Source: Candidatus Uhrbacteria bacterium (GTDB lineage Bacteria; Patescibacteriota; Patescibacteriia; UBA9934; GWF2-40-263). From it: a stretch of DNA of 64,000 bases. Positions 11,041-20,617 of this stretch are shown piece by piece. A model generated the notes under the pieces. It did not search any database, was not told the DNA's origin, and saw only the letters and a list, made by a program, of their open reading frames with translations. Where the stretch lies: NCBI GenBank assembly GCA_016844925.1, contig JAERTI010000036.1, positions 11,053 through 75,052 of the forward strand. The letters run 5' to 3'. A program made the translations under genes and the position numbers. The stretch's first letter is position 1, and the number at the start of each line of letters is the position of its first letter.

Positions 11041-11101
11041 AACGCGATCATCTTACCCCAGCTTAAGTTCCCCAACAAAAAAAGGGGCCTCGTCTAGGTC
11101 C

Positions 11102-11749
11102 CTAGTGACTCGCAGACGTCCGTGGACGCTGCATGACATCACGAATCTTGCCACGCATCAGGCGCCTCATCGTTGCATCGATCTCTTCCCATCGCGAAAG
11201 CGGATGTGTTTCCCGCAGACCAGGAAGGGTCACAACGATTTTGTTGTCCTTGACCTCCACCGTCGCGTTGGGAGCCCCCTCAATACGAAAGCTGTGCGTT
11301 CCAGGATCCTGTTGCGCTGACGCAAGCACAATGATCCCCTTGGATGATTCGTGACAGATGATGATCTCGTCTTCGTCCGGAATTCCCCAGATCAGCTCCG
11401 GACGCTCGTGCGTCATTGCGATCACCCGATGAGCAATGATCTCGTAGGGAATCCTCGCGGGGTGCCCCAGAGCTACGACCACGTCACTGGCACCACGCGC
11501 TGCCAACTGGCAAATCCGTGACATCGTCCCGACGGACAGTGCCGCCTGGCCAACCTGACGTGCAGGACGATTGAGCCGTCGGACTTCCCACCGAACCTCT
11601 TTCTTGGTCCTGAGCTGCATCGGCACCTGCTCGAACATGCCCCTCATGACCTCAAGGACCATCGGGTGCACGGGCTCTGTGAATGGTTCGTGCAAGGAAA
11701 GTGGGCTCTCACTCGGCCTCCATCCCAGCGTGAAAATCTTGGACGACAT
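11102..11749 (-). CDS. Hypothetical protein (C-terminal half weakly reminiscent of YmdB-type metallophosphoesterase; not confident)
   Basis: ORF track only; no firm motif match. Confidence 0.35.
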   Translation of the reverse strand: MSSKIFTLGWRPSESPLSLHEPFTEPVHPMVLEVMRGMFEQVPMQLRTKKEVRWEVRRLNRPARQVGQAALSVGTMSRICQLAARGASDVVVALGHPARIPYEIIAHRVIAMTHERPELIWGIPDEDEIIICHESSKGIIVLASAQQDPGTHSFRIEGAPNATVEVKDNKIVVTLPGLRETHPLSRWEEIDATMRRLMRGKIRDVMQRPRTSASH

Positions 11750-11845
11750 AGATACCTCCTCGCCGTGGCCTTAGATTAGAGGAATACCTAGATCAATGTC
11801 AAAAACAAAACAGAGGGATGCCACACCCCTCTGTTGCTCAATAAC

Positions 11846-14494
11846 TTATTCCAACCCTTTCATTTCTCCCCAATTTTTCCCAACTTCCACATCTACCTTT
11901 AGCGGCACATCGAACTCTGCCACACTTTCCATCATCTCCCTTAGCCCCTTAGCCACAGCATCCACCGCATCCTTGTCGCACTCCAGCACCAGTTCGTCAT
12001 GCACCTGCAAGAGCACCTTTGCGGGCCACTCACTTGTCTTGAGCCAGCCTCCCACTGCGAGCATAGCTTTCTTCATGAGATCTGAGGCCGTTCCTTGTAG
12101 CGGATGATTAACCGCCATACGCTCTGCAGCTGAAACGAGCATGGGGACACCACTTTCAATCTCAGGCACGTAGCGTCGGCGTCCAAACAATGTTTCAACA
12201 TACCCCTGCGCATGTGCCAACGCTTTCGTTTCTTCAATGAAATCGCGTACCGCTGTGTGGATCTCAAAGTATTTCGCAATGAATTCCTTTGCCTCGGAAA
12301 AACTCAGCCCAGTAGAACGTGCCAGTGCCCGAGGTCCCATGCCATACATGATCCCAAAATTGATCGCCTTGGCTGCACGACGCTGATCCTTCGTCACATC
12401 CTCCTCAGCAACCTCCCACACCTCTGCGGCCGTACGTGTGTGAATATCTGCCCCCTCCCGAAATGCCTGGATGAACGGCTTGTCTTTTGCTAGCACGGCA
12501 ATGAGACGCAATTCGATCTGACTGTAATCAGCAGCGATGAGACGCTTGCCACGTGGCGCCACGAACGCCTTGCGAATTTCTCGTCCGAGCTCTGTCTTGA
12601 TGGGAATGTTTTGCAAATTCGGTTCAGAAGAAGACAGGCGCCCCGTTGCCGCCACTGCCTGGTTGTACGTCGTGTGTACGCGCCCATCGCTCGCCACCAA
12701 CTTTGGCAGCGCCTCCACATACGTCGATTGCAACTTAGCCAACTCACGATACTTTGCGATCAACGGCACGATCTCATGCTCATCCCACAACTTCTCGAGC
12801 TCACTAGCCGCCGTAGAATATCCTGTCTTTGTTTTCTTAATTCCTTTTGTCGGCAACTCCAACTTCTCGAAAAAAATGACTGCTAACTGTGAAGGTGAAT
12901 TCAAATTGAACTCTTCTCCCGCAAGCTTTGTCACCTTCTTAATGAGGGAACTAATTTGCTTCGCCAAACTTTTCTGAAATATCGCAAGAGATTCTGTGTC
13001 GAGCATGATCCCCTCAACCTCCATCTGGTAAAGCACCGGCACCAGAGGCATCTCGATCTTGTCGAATACATCTTCCTGCCCAGCCTCTTTCAGGGCCTCA
13101 CGCATCTTCTTGGCCAAACGTGGGAGCGTAGCTGCCACCTGACCCAGTCGCTGATAATCCTTTTCCTTTGCAAACGCCTGGGGGATCTCCGGCACTTTCT
13201 CTTCTAATTGTCGATGCACAACGGAAGAGAGCTCATGTGTCCGCGAACCGGCGTGAAGCAAGTAGCTGGCAATCATGACATCAAACGTCGGTGTGCTGAT
13301 CCGTTTTTCGATTTGATGCATGAGGTGTTTTGCGTCGTGTGTCACCAGGAGCCCAGCCCCCAAGAGGGTCTCAAACACCTGCTCCACGGTCTCCTTAGAC
13401 GGATTCACCAGCACACTCGTTCGGCTCCCATCTGAGATAGCTAAAGCGGCCATGGTCGCGCCAAATAAATCTGCAGGTTGTTCTGCGATCAGAACCCCCA
13501 CGGGGCTATCAAATTTCTTCGCTGAATAGTCTTGCCCAGATCGAACAATCTCAACATGACCAACGGGCTCGCCCTCACCATTCTCCAGTGGTGGAGGTGG
13601 AAGCTCGCGTGCACCATGAACGTCCCCGTGCTTACGCAGAAGCGTTCGAAACTCTAAATTCCGATACAAGGGCAACAGCGCCTCATAGTCAGGAGGACTC
13701 ATCTTAGCCTGAGGAAAACGGAACCCCGTCTTCACATCCCGAACAATTGTCACAAGCGTTTTAGATGTTTCGACCTCCTCCTCAAACCCGCGGAACTTCT
13801 TCGCAAACTTCTCCGGCACCTCTCCACGCTCGATAGCATCATAAATACCCTCTACGGTCTCATGAGCCTGAAGCAATGTCGTAGCCGTCTTGTCTCCTAC
13901 TCCCTTGAGCCCAGGAATATTATCGCTCGAGTCTCCACGGAGCGCCTTATAATCGATTACCTGCTCCGGTGTAAGACCATACCGCTCGTGCACGGCCTCC
14001 CGGTCGTAAATCTTTGTCTGACTAATACCTTTTACAAAAAACACGACGTGCACGTCGTCGTCTACAAGCTGCAAGGCATCGAGATCTCCGGTCACAATCA
14101 ATGTCTTGTACCCTTTCTTGCTAGCTCTGGTGCTAAGCGTCCCGATGATGTCATCAGCCTCATATCCCTCAGCCTCAAGACAAGGAATCCCAAAGGCTTC
14201 AAGAATCTCTTTAATAATATCAATCTGATCGTACAGCTCCTGCTCCTTCTCTTCACGCCCGGCTTTATACTCCTCGTAAATCTCATTACGGAACGTCCCC
14301 CCAGGAAGATCCCACGCCACAGCCATGTAATCAGGCCGGTACGTCTCGATCATCTTTTCTGTGATCATGGCAAAGCCATAGGCGGCATTCACCACCAAAC
14401 CATCCTTGGTAGTAAGGGGAGGTAAAGCGTGCCACGCACGGTGCAACAGTGCGTTGCCGTCTAGTACTAAAAATGTAGGTTTTTTATCAGTCAT
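11846..14494 (-). CDS. polA: DNA polymerase I
   Basis: 5'-3' exonuclease N-terminus (MTDKKPTFLVLDGNALLHRAWHAL..) and polymerase motifs (..RRAAKAINFGIMYG.., ..LQVHDELVLE..). The start was moved to the ATG at 14494, downstream of the ORF-track start. Confidence 0.9.
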   Translation of the reverse strand: MTDKKPTFLVLDGNALLHRAWHALPPLTTKDGLVVNAAYGFAMITEKMIETYRPDYMAVAWDLPGGTFRNEIYEEYKAGREEKEQELYDQIDIIKEILEAFGIPCLEAEGYEADDIIGTLSTRASKKGYKTLIVTGDLDALQLVDDDVHVVFFVKGISQTKIYDREAVHERYGLTPEQVIDYKALRGDSSDNIPGLKGVGDKTATTLLQAHETVEGIYDAIERGEVPEKFAKKFRGFEEEVETSKTLVTIVRDVKTGFRFPQAKMSPPDYEALLPLYRNLEFRTLLRKHGDVHGARELPPPPLENGEGEPVGHVEIVRSGQDYSAKKFDSPVGVLIAEQPADLFGATMAALAISDGSRTSVLVNPSKETVEQVFETLLGAGLLVTHDAKHLMHQIEKRISTPTFDVMIASYLLHAGSRTHELSSVVHRQLEEKVPEIPQAFAKEKDYQRLGQVAATLPRLAKKMREALKEAGQEDVFDKIEMPLVPVLYQMEVEGIMLDTESLAIFQKSLAKQISSLIKKVTKLAGEEFNLNSPSQLAVIFFEKLELPTKGIKKTKTGYSTAASELEKLWDEHEIVPLIAKYRELAKLQSTYVEALPKLVASDGRVHTTYNQAVAATGRLSSSEPNLQNIPIKTELGREIRKAFVAPRGKRLIAADYSQIELRLIAVLAKDKPFIQAFREGADIHTRTAAEVWEVAEEDVTKDQRRAAKAINFGIMYGMGPRALARSTGLSFSEAKEFIAKYFEIHTAVRDFIEETKALAHAQGYVETLFGRRRYVPEIESGVPMLVSAAERMAVNHPLQGTASDLMKKAMLAVGGWLKTSEWPAKVLLQVHDELVLECDKDAVDAVAKGLREMMESVAEFDVPLKVDVEVGKNWGEMKGLE

Positions 14495-14586
14495 GTGAGC
14501 ACAGTGTACCGCACCGAGGGATTGACAAAAAGGGATAATTCCAACAACATCGAAACGTTCCAACACGGGAACGGAAAGGTGCTCTC

Positions 14587-14901
14587 ATGCGCTATCTGCG
14601 ATGGTACTTGCGTAGCCTCTTCACCATCTTCCTCGGGCTGTACATGGTCAGCATGCCCACCATCCTGAGCCTCAAGCTCATAGACGGTTGGCCCTGGTGG
14701 ACGCTGACGATCCTCACGGCCGCAGTCGGCCTGATCAGCGGCATTCTCGCACTCTTCGGTCTGTTCAGTGGAGAATGCATCCCCACCTCCGAGGACGATG
14801 ACTGGTTCCTCGGCACCATCGTTCACACGGGTGTACACACCTACATCGGCGCCATCATCTTGATCGGACGCTACGCCTGGATCGGACTTCAGGCCAGCTA
14901 G
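14587..14901 (+). CDS. GC-rich small integral membrane protein (104 aa, 2-3 TM)
   Basis: ORF track. TTGACA at ~14523, RBS GGAAAGG, and terminator CCGCGTACGCGG+TTTTTTCTTTT at 14905-14930. Confidence 0.55.
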   Translation: MRYLRWYLRSLFTIFLGLYMVSMPTILSLKLIDGWPWWTLTILTAAVGLISGILALFGLFSGECIPTSEDDDWFLGTIVHTGVHTYIGAIILIGRYAWIGLQAS

Positions 14902-15006
14902 CTCTCAACCGCGTACGCGGTTTTTTCTTTTATGTTACCTGAGATAAACGCATTGACACTCCCTTTATAAGCCGCTAACGTGCCTGCGCCCTCAAAGGAG
15001 AATGTC

Positions 15007-15642
15007 GTGGAATTCTTGATTACCCACCTCACAGGCGTCGAGCCCCACTCGGAGCCTCTCACCCCCGAAGCCGTAGACCAACGTCTGCAGCAAGATCGGG
15101 TGATGTGGTTCATCACCAAGAGAATCGGTGATGGGTGCCGGACGCACGTCCTGTTCCCCAGCACCGTGCCCTCCGCACTGCACGCCGAGCCGGAACAGAT
15201 GCATCCGCCCGATTACAAGAACCTGACCAAGTTGGTCCAGGCGCTCTACCCGGGAAGCCGTCACCGTCGAAGCGTTCAGGGAGGACTCCTGAAGATCGGC
15301 GCGGACGGAAGCGACTGCTGGCGTCTCTCCGCAATCACCAAGCCCGACGAGCCCTGCGCCTCGCGCTACAACGACGTCTGGGCCCTGCACCTGATGCACC
15401 AGTGCGGCCGCATGGTCTGCGTCCGCTCGCCAAACGATCCGGTGGTGGTCTGCAGCCCGGAGGGACTGCACCTGAGCCCCGGCTTCGACGAGGCCGGCAT
15501 GACGCGCTGGACCAGTGAGCAGTTCCTGCACCTGGCCTTCCAGGAGGCCGCGCGCAAGCTCGGACAACGCTTCCAGCCCGTGCCGCTGGATATCAACGAC
15601 AAGGGGAAGGTGACCAAGTACCTCCTCGTCACTCAGGGCTAA
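15007..15642 (+). CDS. GC-rich hypothetical protein (~211 aa); likely GTG start
   Basis: ORF track 14980..15642; AAAGGAG-N6-GTG at 15007; TTGACAC promoter at ~14950; terminator CCGTGTC..GACACGG+TTTTTTATTTTT at 15643-15675, bidirectional and shared with trmB. Confidence 0.5.
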   Translation: MEFLITHLTGVEPHSEPLTPEAVDQRLQQDRVMWFITKRIGDGCRTHVLFPSTVPSALHAEPEQMHPPDYKNLTKLVQALYPGSRHRRSVQGGLLKIGADGSDCWRLSAITKPDEPCASRYNDVWALHLMHQCGRMVCVRSPNDPVVVCSPEGLHLSPGFDEAGMTRWTSEQFLHLAFQEAARKLGQRFQPVPLDINDKGKVTKYLLVTQG

Positions 15643-15669
15643 ACGCCTCCGTGTCTGTGACACGGTTTT

Positions 15670-16443
15670 TTATTTTTCTGGCTGATCAGCTTTAGACCAC
15701 ACCAAATCAAAAAGGGTCTTGTACGTCCGCGCTACATCACCCGAGGCAAGGATGATCATGGCGTTCTCTCTTCGAGTTGTAATAAATGCAACCTGATCAG
15801 CAAAGATAATAACCGTCGCTGGAAGATCAACATCCTTTGGCAGGAAACGCGACTCTCGCAACTCATTGATATCTTTCTCAACAATCTTCCGCGTGGCTCG
15901 ACTCTCAGGAATGAGTTGTTTTGAATGAATCCCTCGTTTTTTTCTTTCAGAAATAATCCGATCAACAAGGTAGGGCTCTTTTACATAATCAAGGAGCCCA
16001 ACCCCAGATGTAATCAAGCGATACTCTTTCACTTCCGACTCCAACAACTGTTTCCACAAGCGCTTAAACCCGTCCGTCCCTTCATAAAACGTCACACCCG
16101 GACCACCACGAGCCGTCTCCTGAAGGAGCTCTAGTGCTGGAACCGTTTTCTCAACCAAGCTCTCTCGCTCACGCATTTGCTCTTCTAAACGTCGCGGGGA
16201 CTCAGCGATGTACACGGTCGTCTTCTTCTCTTTACCGACACGAAACACTCCACGACGACGGAGTCGCTCCAAAATAGGGTAGAGCGTTGTGCGGGGTAGG
16301 CGTGTACGGCGTGAAAACTCCAGGACGCTCGCGCTCCCTAACTCAAGCCCTGCCAAATAAATCTTCGCCTCTTTTTTGTCGAGCCCGTAGGCCTGAAGGC
16401 CTTTCATGAGCTCGGAAGGATAGTGCATACGCATAGTAACCAT
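15670..16443 (-). CDS. TrmB-family transcriptional regulator
   Basis: N-terminal winged HTH (LQAYGLDKKEAKIYLAGLELGSASVLEFSRRTRLPRTTLYPILERLRRRGV) plus the TrmB C-terminal domain. GC is moderate, unlike its flanks. Confidence 0.75.
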   Translation of the reverse strand: MVTMRMHYPSELMKGLQAYGLDKKEAKIYLAGLELGSASVLEFSRRTRLPRTTLYPILERLRRRGVFRVGKEKKTTVYIAESPRRLEEQMRERESLVEKTVPALELLQETARGGPGVTFYEGTDGFKRLWKQLLESEVKEYRLITSGVGLLDYVKEPYLVDRIISERKKRGIHSKQLIPESRATRKIVEKDINELRESRFLPKDVDLPATVIIFADQVAFITTRRENAMIILASGDVARTYKTLFDLVWSKADQPEK

Positions 16444-16559
16444 AGGGTCTCACAGCCAGATGGGGGAGTCAAAAAGTTGTCGAAAATATCGTCAGATCTC
16501 CTGGGCAAATTTTTTTGGTCACGTAGTGTGATTATAGGTCATTCACAAAGGAGGCTCGC

Positions 16560-17270
16560 ATGAACTGCTATGTTCACGATCGTGGCCACCGCAGACAGGT
16601 TGCCGGACTCACCCCACATCTTGCCCGCACACATCGTGAAGGCACCCCTATGGATCCAGCTCTCATGTCTCCACTGGATGCGGCCACCTGCCACTGGGCC
16701 GGATGGCGCTTCGGTAAGGGAGTCAGCAGGGGAGAGACGCACGTCTTTGCCATGGCTACGGAGCTCACCTCCGGTCAGCATGCCGATATGGTCCAGGGCT
16801 TCGATCACGTCGATCCTCCACAGGGGTGCTACCACCACAGGTACCGTGTGCACGGCTTCGGTGGATTCCTGCGTTGGGTGTACTTCGCTCATCAGGGCGA
16901 TGCTGTCCTGGGCGTAGACTGGAGCCTGGCTGAGCGTGAGAACGCCGGCGTGGCCCTGTCCATGCTCGATGTGCACCGCCTTGCCGGATCGCTCATCGAT
17001 GCCGGAGCTAACCCCTCCACCACCCTTGCCCTGCTGAACCCGCAGATGTGCGAACCAGCAGAACTCGCTGCTTGGCGTCGTCACCACGGATTGAACACCT
17101 TGCGCGATTGGAGATGTGCCAGAGCCATCCTTGCCCCACACGGCATCCTTTGCGGACGTTGCGGATTGAAAACATTTGTTAGCCCCTGCGCGCGCTTCTG
17201 CGAGCAGTGCGGCGCCCCCAAACACTTGGTTGAGGAGCCCACCCATGGCTTGGAAAACGACCTCCCCTGA
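16560..17270 (+). CDS. GC-rich hypothetical protein with C-terminal zinc-ribbon (CGRCG...CEQCG)
   Basis: Promoter plus AAAGGAGG-N5-ATG at 16560. The antisense ORF 16539..17246 is rejected because it lacks signals and has antisense-like composition. Confidence 0.5.
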   Translation: MNCYVHDRGHRRQVAGLTPHLARTHREGTPMDPALMSPLDAATCHWAGWRFGKGVSRGETHVFAMATELTSGQHADMVQGFDHVDPPQGCYHHRYRVHGFGGFLRWVYFAHQGDAVLGVDWSLAERENAGVALSMLDVHRLAGSLIDAGANPSTTLALLNPQMCEPAELAAWRRHHGLNTLRDWRCARAILAPHGILCGRCGLKTFVSPCARFCEQCGAPKHLVEEPTHGLENDLP

Positions 17271-17613
17271 CTACTGCTTTCATGCGCAGCCCTCGGGACC
17301 ACCTCCCAAGCCTGCGGACACCTACTGCTGCAAGTGCGGTAAGAAGTACGGACACTCAGCCCGCTTCTGCGCCGCTTGTGCCAGGCCGCGCGGCGAGATC
17401 TCGCTGGTCAAGAACCTCATCCCCACACAGTGTGGGGAGTGCAACAAGTCCGTGGAGTCTGACGACAACTACTGCGGCCACTGCAGGACCCCCGTCGACA
17501 AGAGTTGGAAGGAAGTTCCTGCCTGCTCCTGCGGCACTCTGCTTGAGCCCAACGCCCAGTACTGCGGTGCCTGCGGCAAGTCCGTTCCCGGCGCAAGAAA
17601 GGAAGCGTCATGA
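17245..17613 (+). CDS. GC-rich tandem zinc-ribbon protein (three CxxC-N-CxxC ribbons)
   Basis: GAGGAG-N7-ATG at 17245; CCKCG..CAACA, CGECN..CGHC, CSCG..CGACG. It overlaps the upstream ORF end by 26 nt and the downstream start in an ATGA. Confidence 0.55.
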   Translation: MAWKTTSPDYCFHAQPSGPPPKPADTYCCKCGKKYGHSARFCAACARPRGEISLVKNLIPTQCGECNKSVESDDNYCGHCRTPVDKSWKEVPACSCGTLLEPNAQYCGACGKSVPGARKEAS

Positions 17614-17945
17614 TCCTCGACCTGCCTGCACGTCTTCTGGTCTACGCGGCCCTGCACTTCATCGGGGACTTCCCGTTCCAGAGCACCTGGATGGTCATGG
17701 AAAAGGGTAAGAGCTGGGAGATCATGCTCTACCACTGCCTGACCTACACGGCCCCCTTTGCCCTGATGGTCCTCGTACCCTCCATGGCGGACGCAGTCAC
17801 GATGCAAGGCCTCGCCTTCGTCTGTCTGAGCCACATGGTGGTCGACACCCTCAAGGCACGCTACAAGGTGATCAAGGAAATCTGGGTCGACCAGCTCCTG
17901 CACGTCGCCACCTTCGTCTTCTGTGTCGCTGTCGGCTGGCTGTGA
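17610..17945 (+). CDS. GC-rich small membrane protein (111 aa, 3 TM), translationally coupled to the zinc-ribbon gene
   Basis: ATGA overlap at 17610-17613, then terminator CCCCGATACGCATCGGGG+TTTTTTTT at 17950-17985. Confidence 0.55.
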   Translation: MILDLPARLLVYAALHFIGDFPFQSTWMVMEKGKSWEIMLYHCLTYTAPFALMVLVPSMADAVTMQGLAFVCLSHMVVDTLKARYKVIKEIWVDQLLHVATFVFCVAVGWL

Positions 17946-18099
17946 CACGCACACCCCACCCCCGATACGCATCGGGGATTTTTTTTGTGCAAAATAAATA
18001 CCCGCACTTGCTTCCGAAGAAGTGTAGTGCGGGGGAGTGGAGCCACGCGCTGGCTACACACTCAGTGCCCGACGTGCATCAGGCGGGTGTCCTGTCGGA

Positions 18100-19209
18100 C
18101 TAGGCCGCGAAGCGGTTCTCGCTCGCCGCCTCGACCATCTTGGCCACCTGCAGGCCGTAGGGCTTGTCGGTGTCCAGGTTGGTCGGGAAGAAGGACACGG
18201 CGTTCTCGCCGCCGTTGGTGTCGATCTCCTCGATCAGGCCGGCCGTGTGGCTGGCGCGGGTGATGCGGGGCAGCTCGACGTCCTCGCCCAGGTCGGCCAC
18301 CTTCACGCCGAAGGCGCTGTGGGGGATGAGCTGGATGGTGTCGTCGTCGATGCCGACGCTCACGGGGATCGCGGCGTACTCGCCGTCGTCCAGGGACAGG
18401 ATGAAGTTGTCGGTGTTGTCGACGCCCAGGGAGATCTCGGTCACGTTGCCCGGGGTCTGGAACTCGGCCCAGGCCAGCTCGTCCATCTCGCCGGAGAGGT
18501 ACTTGCTGATCTGCTCGGCGCTGACCACGTTCACCACGTTGGTGCCGTAGACGGACTCGAGCAGGAAGCGCGGGGAGTTGGCGTTGACCAGGGTGTTGTC
18601 GACGGTGTCGACGAAGTCGGAGCCGATGACCTTGTAGGACTCCGTGTCCTTGGAGATCATGCCGACCTTGGTGCGGACGCTGTCGCGGCCGATCAGGAGC
18701 AGCGTGGTCGCCTCGTTCTCGGAGCCGACGATGGTGCGGGTCTCGGAGTCGACGTACTGGTCGAAGCGCGCCTGCATGGCCCGCTCGGTCCAGCTGCCCT
18801 CGTAGTCCTGGCCCCAGACGCCGAAGTCGACGTTCTGGTCCATGGCGGTCACGGCGAAGCCGTAGCGCCAGTTCTTGCCCTTGTAGCGGCTCAGCAGCTC
18901 GGTCTTGTCGAGCGTGGCCTGGGCCTCGGTCAGGGACATGCCCTCGGGGGTGTCGACGATCGCGACGATCTGCCGCTTGTGGTCGCTGGCCTTGCTGTCC
19001 TCGCTCAGCTTGAGCGAGTTGTCGCCGTCGGCCACGATGGCCACGGGGTTCAGGCCCTGGTCCTGGATGAAGTCGGTCACGTGGTCGAACTGGCCCTCGA
19101 CGGCCAGGAGCTTGACGCCGCTCTTGTCCTCGTAGGTGTCGAGCTTGAGCGAGCCGATCTTCGGCTTCGTGGCGGCGAGGAGGGCGAGCGAGATGACGAT
19201 CCGGTTCAT
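18100..19209 (-). CDS. GC-rich secreted hypothetical protein (~369 aa) with signal peptide MNRIVISLALLAATKPKIGS
   Basis: ORF track 18100..19287, trimmed to the Met before the signal peptide. Promoter TTGACA..TATAGT at ~19300-19330 with a ~120-nt 5' UTR. The + strand 402-aa ORF 18037..19245 is antisense junk (G/V/D/H-rich). Confidence 0.6.
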   Translation of the reverse strand: MNRIVISLALLAATKPKIGSLKLDTYEDKSGVKLLAVEGQFDHVTDFIQDQGLNPVAIVADGDNSLKLSEDSKASDHKRQIVAIVDTPEGMSLTEAQATLDKTELLSRYKGKNWRYGFAVTAMDQNVDFGVWGQDYEGSWTERAMQARFDQYVDSETRTIVGSENEATTLLLIGRDSVRTKVGMISKDTESYKVIGSDFVDTVDNTLVNANSPRFLLESVYGTNVVNVVSAEQISKYLSGEMDELAWAEFQTPGNVTEISLGVDNTDNFILSLDDGEYAAIPVSVGIDDDTIQLIPHSAFGVKVADLGEDVELPRITRASHTAGLIEEIDTNGGENAVSFFPTNLDTDKPYGLQVAKMVEAASENRFAA

Positions 19210-19471
19210 TGGGAGTTCTCCAGTGTCCGCAGGCGGTTTGGTTGATGCCTTTGGACGTCTCTGCACACCAGTGAACTGCACTGGCACAGTGTTGCCCGTA
19301 TTCGGGACGAACGGCGGGAATACTATAGGAACCCTCTTAGGGTGTCAAGAGATCTGCCCGGGGATAAGTATTTAGCCCTTGTTTTAGGAAAAAAATCGGT
19401 TTTTCTCAGTAAAGTGATTAAGTGCAACGTTTTTACCTCAACGATGAAAAGCGATGCTACAATAAACTTCT

Positions 19472-20554
19472 ATGAAAGACCTTCTTATCCTCCTTGGCAT
19501 CGCCGGACTGCTAGTCGCTTTATTTACCGGCGCCATTTGGGCCGGCTCACGCATGAGCCAGACTCCAGATCTAGAAACAACCCAAACTATAGAACCCGAA
19601 GGAGCACCTGAGCTCCCATACCTGGGAACCATGCCTCCTATAGAAGGTATAGACGGTTGGATTAACAGCAACCCCTTAGTCCAAGACGACTTAGCTGGAA
19701 AAGTCATCCTCATCGACTTCTGGACATACAGCTGCATCAATTGCATCCGCACCCTCCCATATATCCAGTCCTGGCAAGAGAAGTACGCAGACGACGGCCT
19801 GGTCATCCTTGGTGTCCACGCACCAGAGTTTAATTTTGAAAAAGTGTATGAAAACGTTTTGGCAGCTGCTGTGCAGTACGGCCTCACGTACCCCATTGCT
19901 CAAGACAACAACCACACCACCTGGCGGAACTTCAACAACCGGTACTGGCCCGCCAAGTATCTCTTCGACCAAGACGGCAACCTGCGCTACTACCACTTTG
20001 GCGAGGGGAGTTATGAGGAGACCGAAGCCGCCATTCAACAACTCCTCTCTGTCAAAGAAGAAATGACCGAGGAGCTGGCCGTCGATCGTTCTGGCATCAA
20101 CTCTCCCGAGACCTACTTTGGCTACTGGCGCACAGAGAACTTTGCGAGCCCTGAAGGAGTCGTCGAGGACACCCCCACCACCTATACCAACCCGCAGACC
20201 CTCCCACTCAACCATTGGTCGCTCTCAGGCGACTGGTCTATTGAATACCAACACAGCGAGGCGCAAACCTCTGGCGCACGCTTTGCCTTTCACTACAGTG
20301 CCGGCGTTGCGAACCTCGTCATGGCCACGGCAGACGGCACGCTCCAAGACATTGTCGTCTACCTAGACGGCCAAGCGGTCCCAGCAGAACTCCTGGGCGC
20401 CCACACCGTCCGTGACGAGCTCACCGGCGGCACATTCATCCAAGTAGAGTTCTCAGATCTCTACGAACTCATCGCCGGAGAGCCTGGTGAGCACCTTCTA
20501 GAGATCGAGGTCCTTGAACCAGGCCTGCAGATCTACGCGATCACTTTCGGTTGA
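19472..20554 (+). CDS. Membrane-anchored thioredoxin-like (TlpA/DipZ-type) thiol-disulfide oxidoreductase with CxxC (WTYSCINCIR) and a C-terminal beta-rich domain
   Basis: ORF track; redoxin motif recognised by eye. Confidence 0.65.
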   Translation: MKDLLILLGIAGLLVALFTGAIWAGSRMSQTPDLETTQTIEPEGAPELPYLGTMPPIEGIDGWINSNPLVQDDLAGKVILIDFWTYSCINCIRTLPYIQSWQEKYADDGLVILGVHAPEFNFEKVYENVLAAAVQYGLTYPIAQDNNHTTWRNFNNRYWPAKYLFDQDGNLRYYHFGEGSYEETEAAIQQLLSVKEEMTEELAVDRSGINSPETYFGYWRTENFASPEGVVEDTPTTYTNPQTLPLNHWSLSGDWSIEYQHSEAQTSGARFAFHYSAGVANLVMATADGTLQDIVVYLDGQAVPAELLGAHTVRDELTGGTFIQVEFSDLYELIAGEPGEHLLEIEVLEPGLQIYAITFG

Positions 20555-20617
20555 CGTAGCTGCTTTTTCCCCCTAAAGTCGCCATTCGCACCTTCCAGCT
20601 GAACCCGAGGAGACTAC

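Noticed and set aside
16539-17246. 235-aa minus-strand ORF mirroring the 16560..17270 plus-strand ORF
   Set aside because: No plausible RBS (GGGGAGG is 14 nt from the ATG) and no promoter. The plus-strand frame has promoter, RBS, a Zn-ribbon motif and operon continuity.
18037-19245. 402-aa plus-strand ORF overlapping the secreted-protein gene
   Set aside because: G/V/D/H/L-rich composition typical of the antisense frame of high-GC coding DNA. The minus-strand frame has a signal peptide, promoter and RBS.
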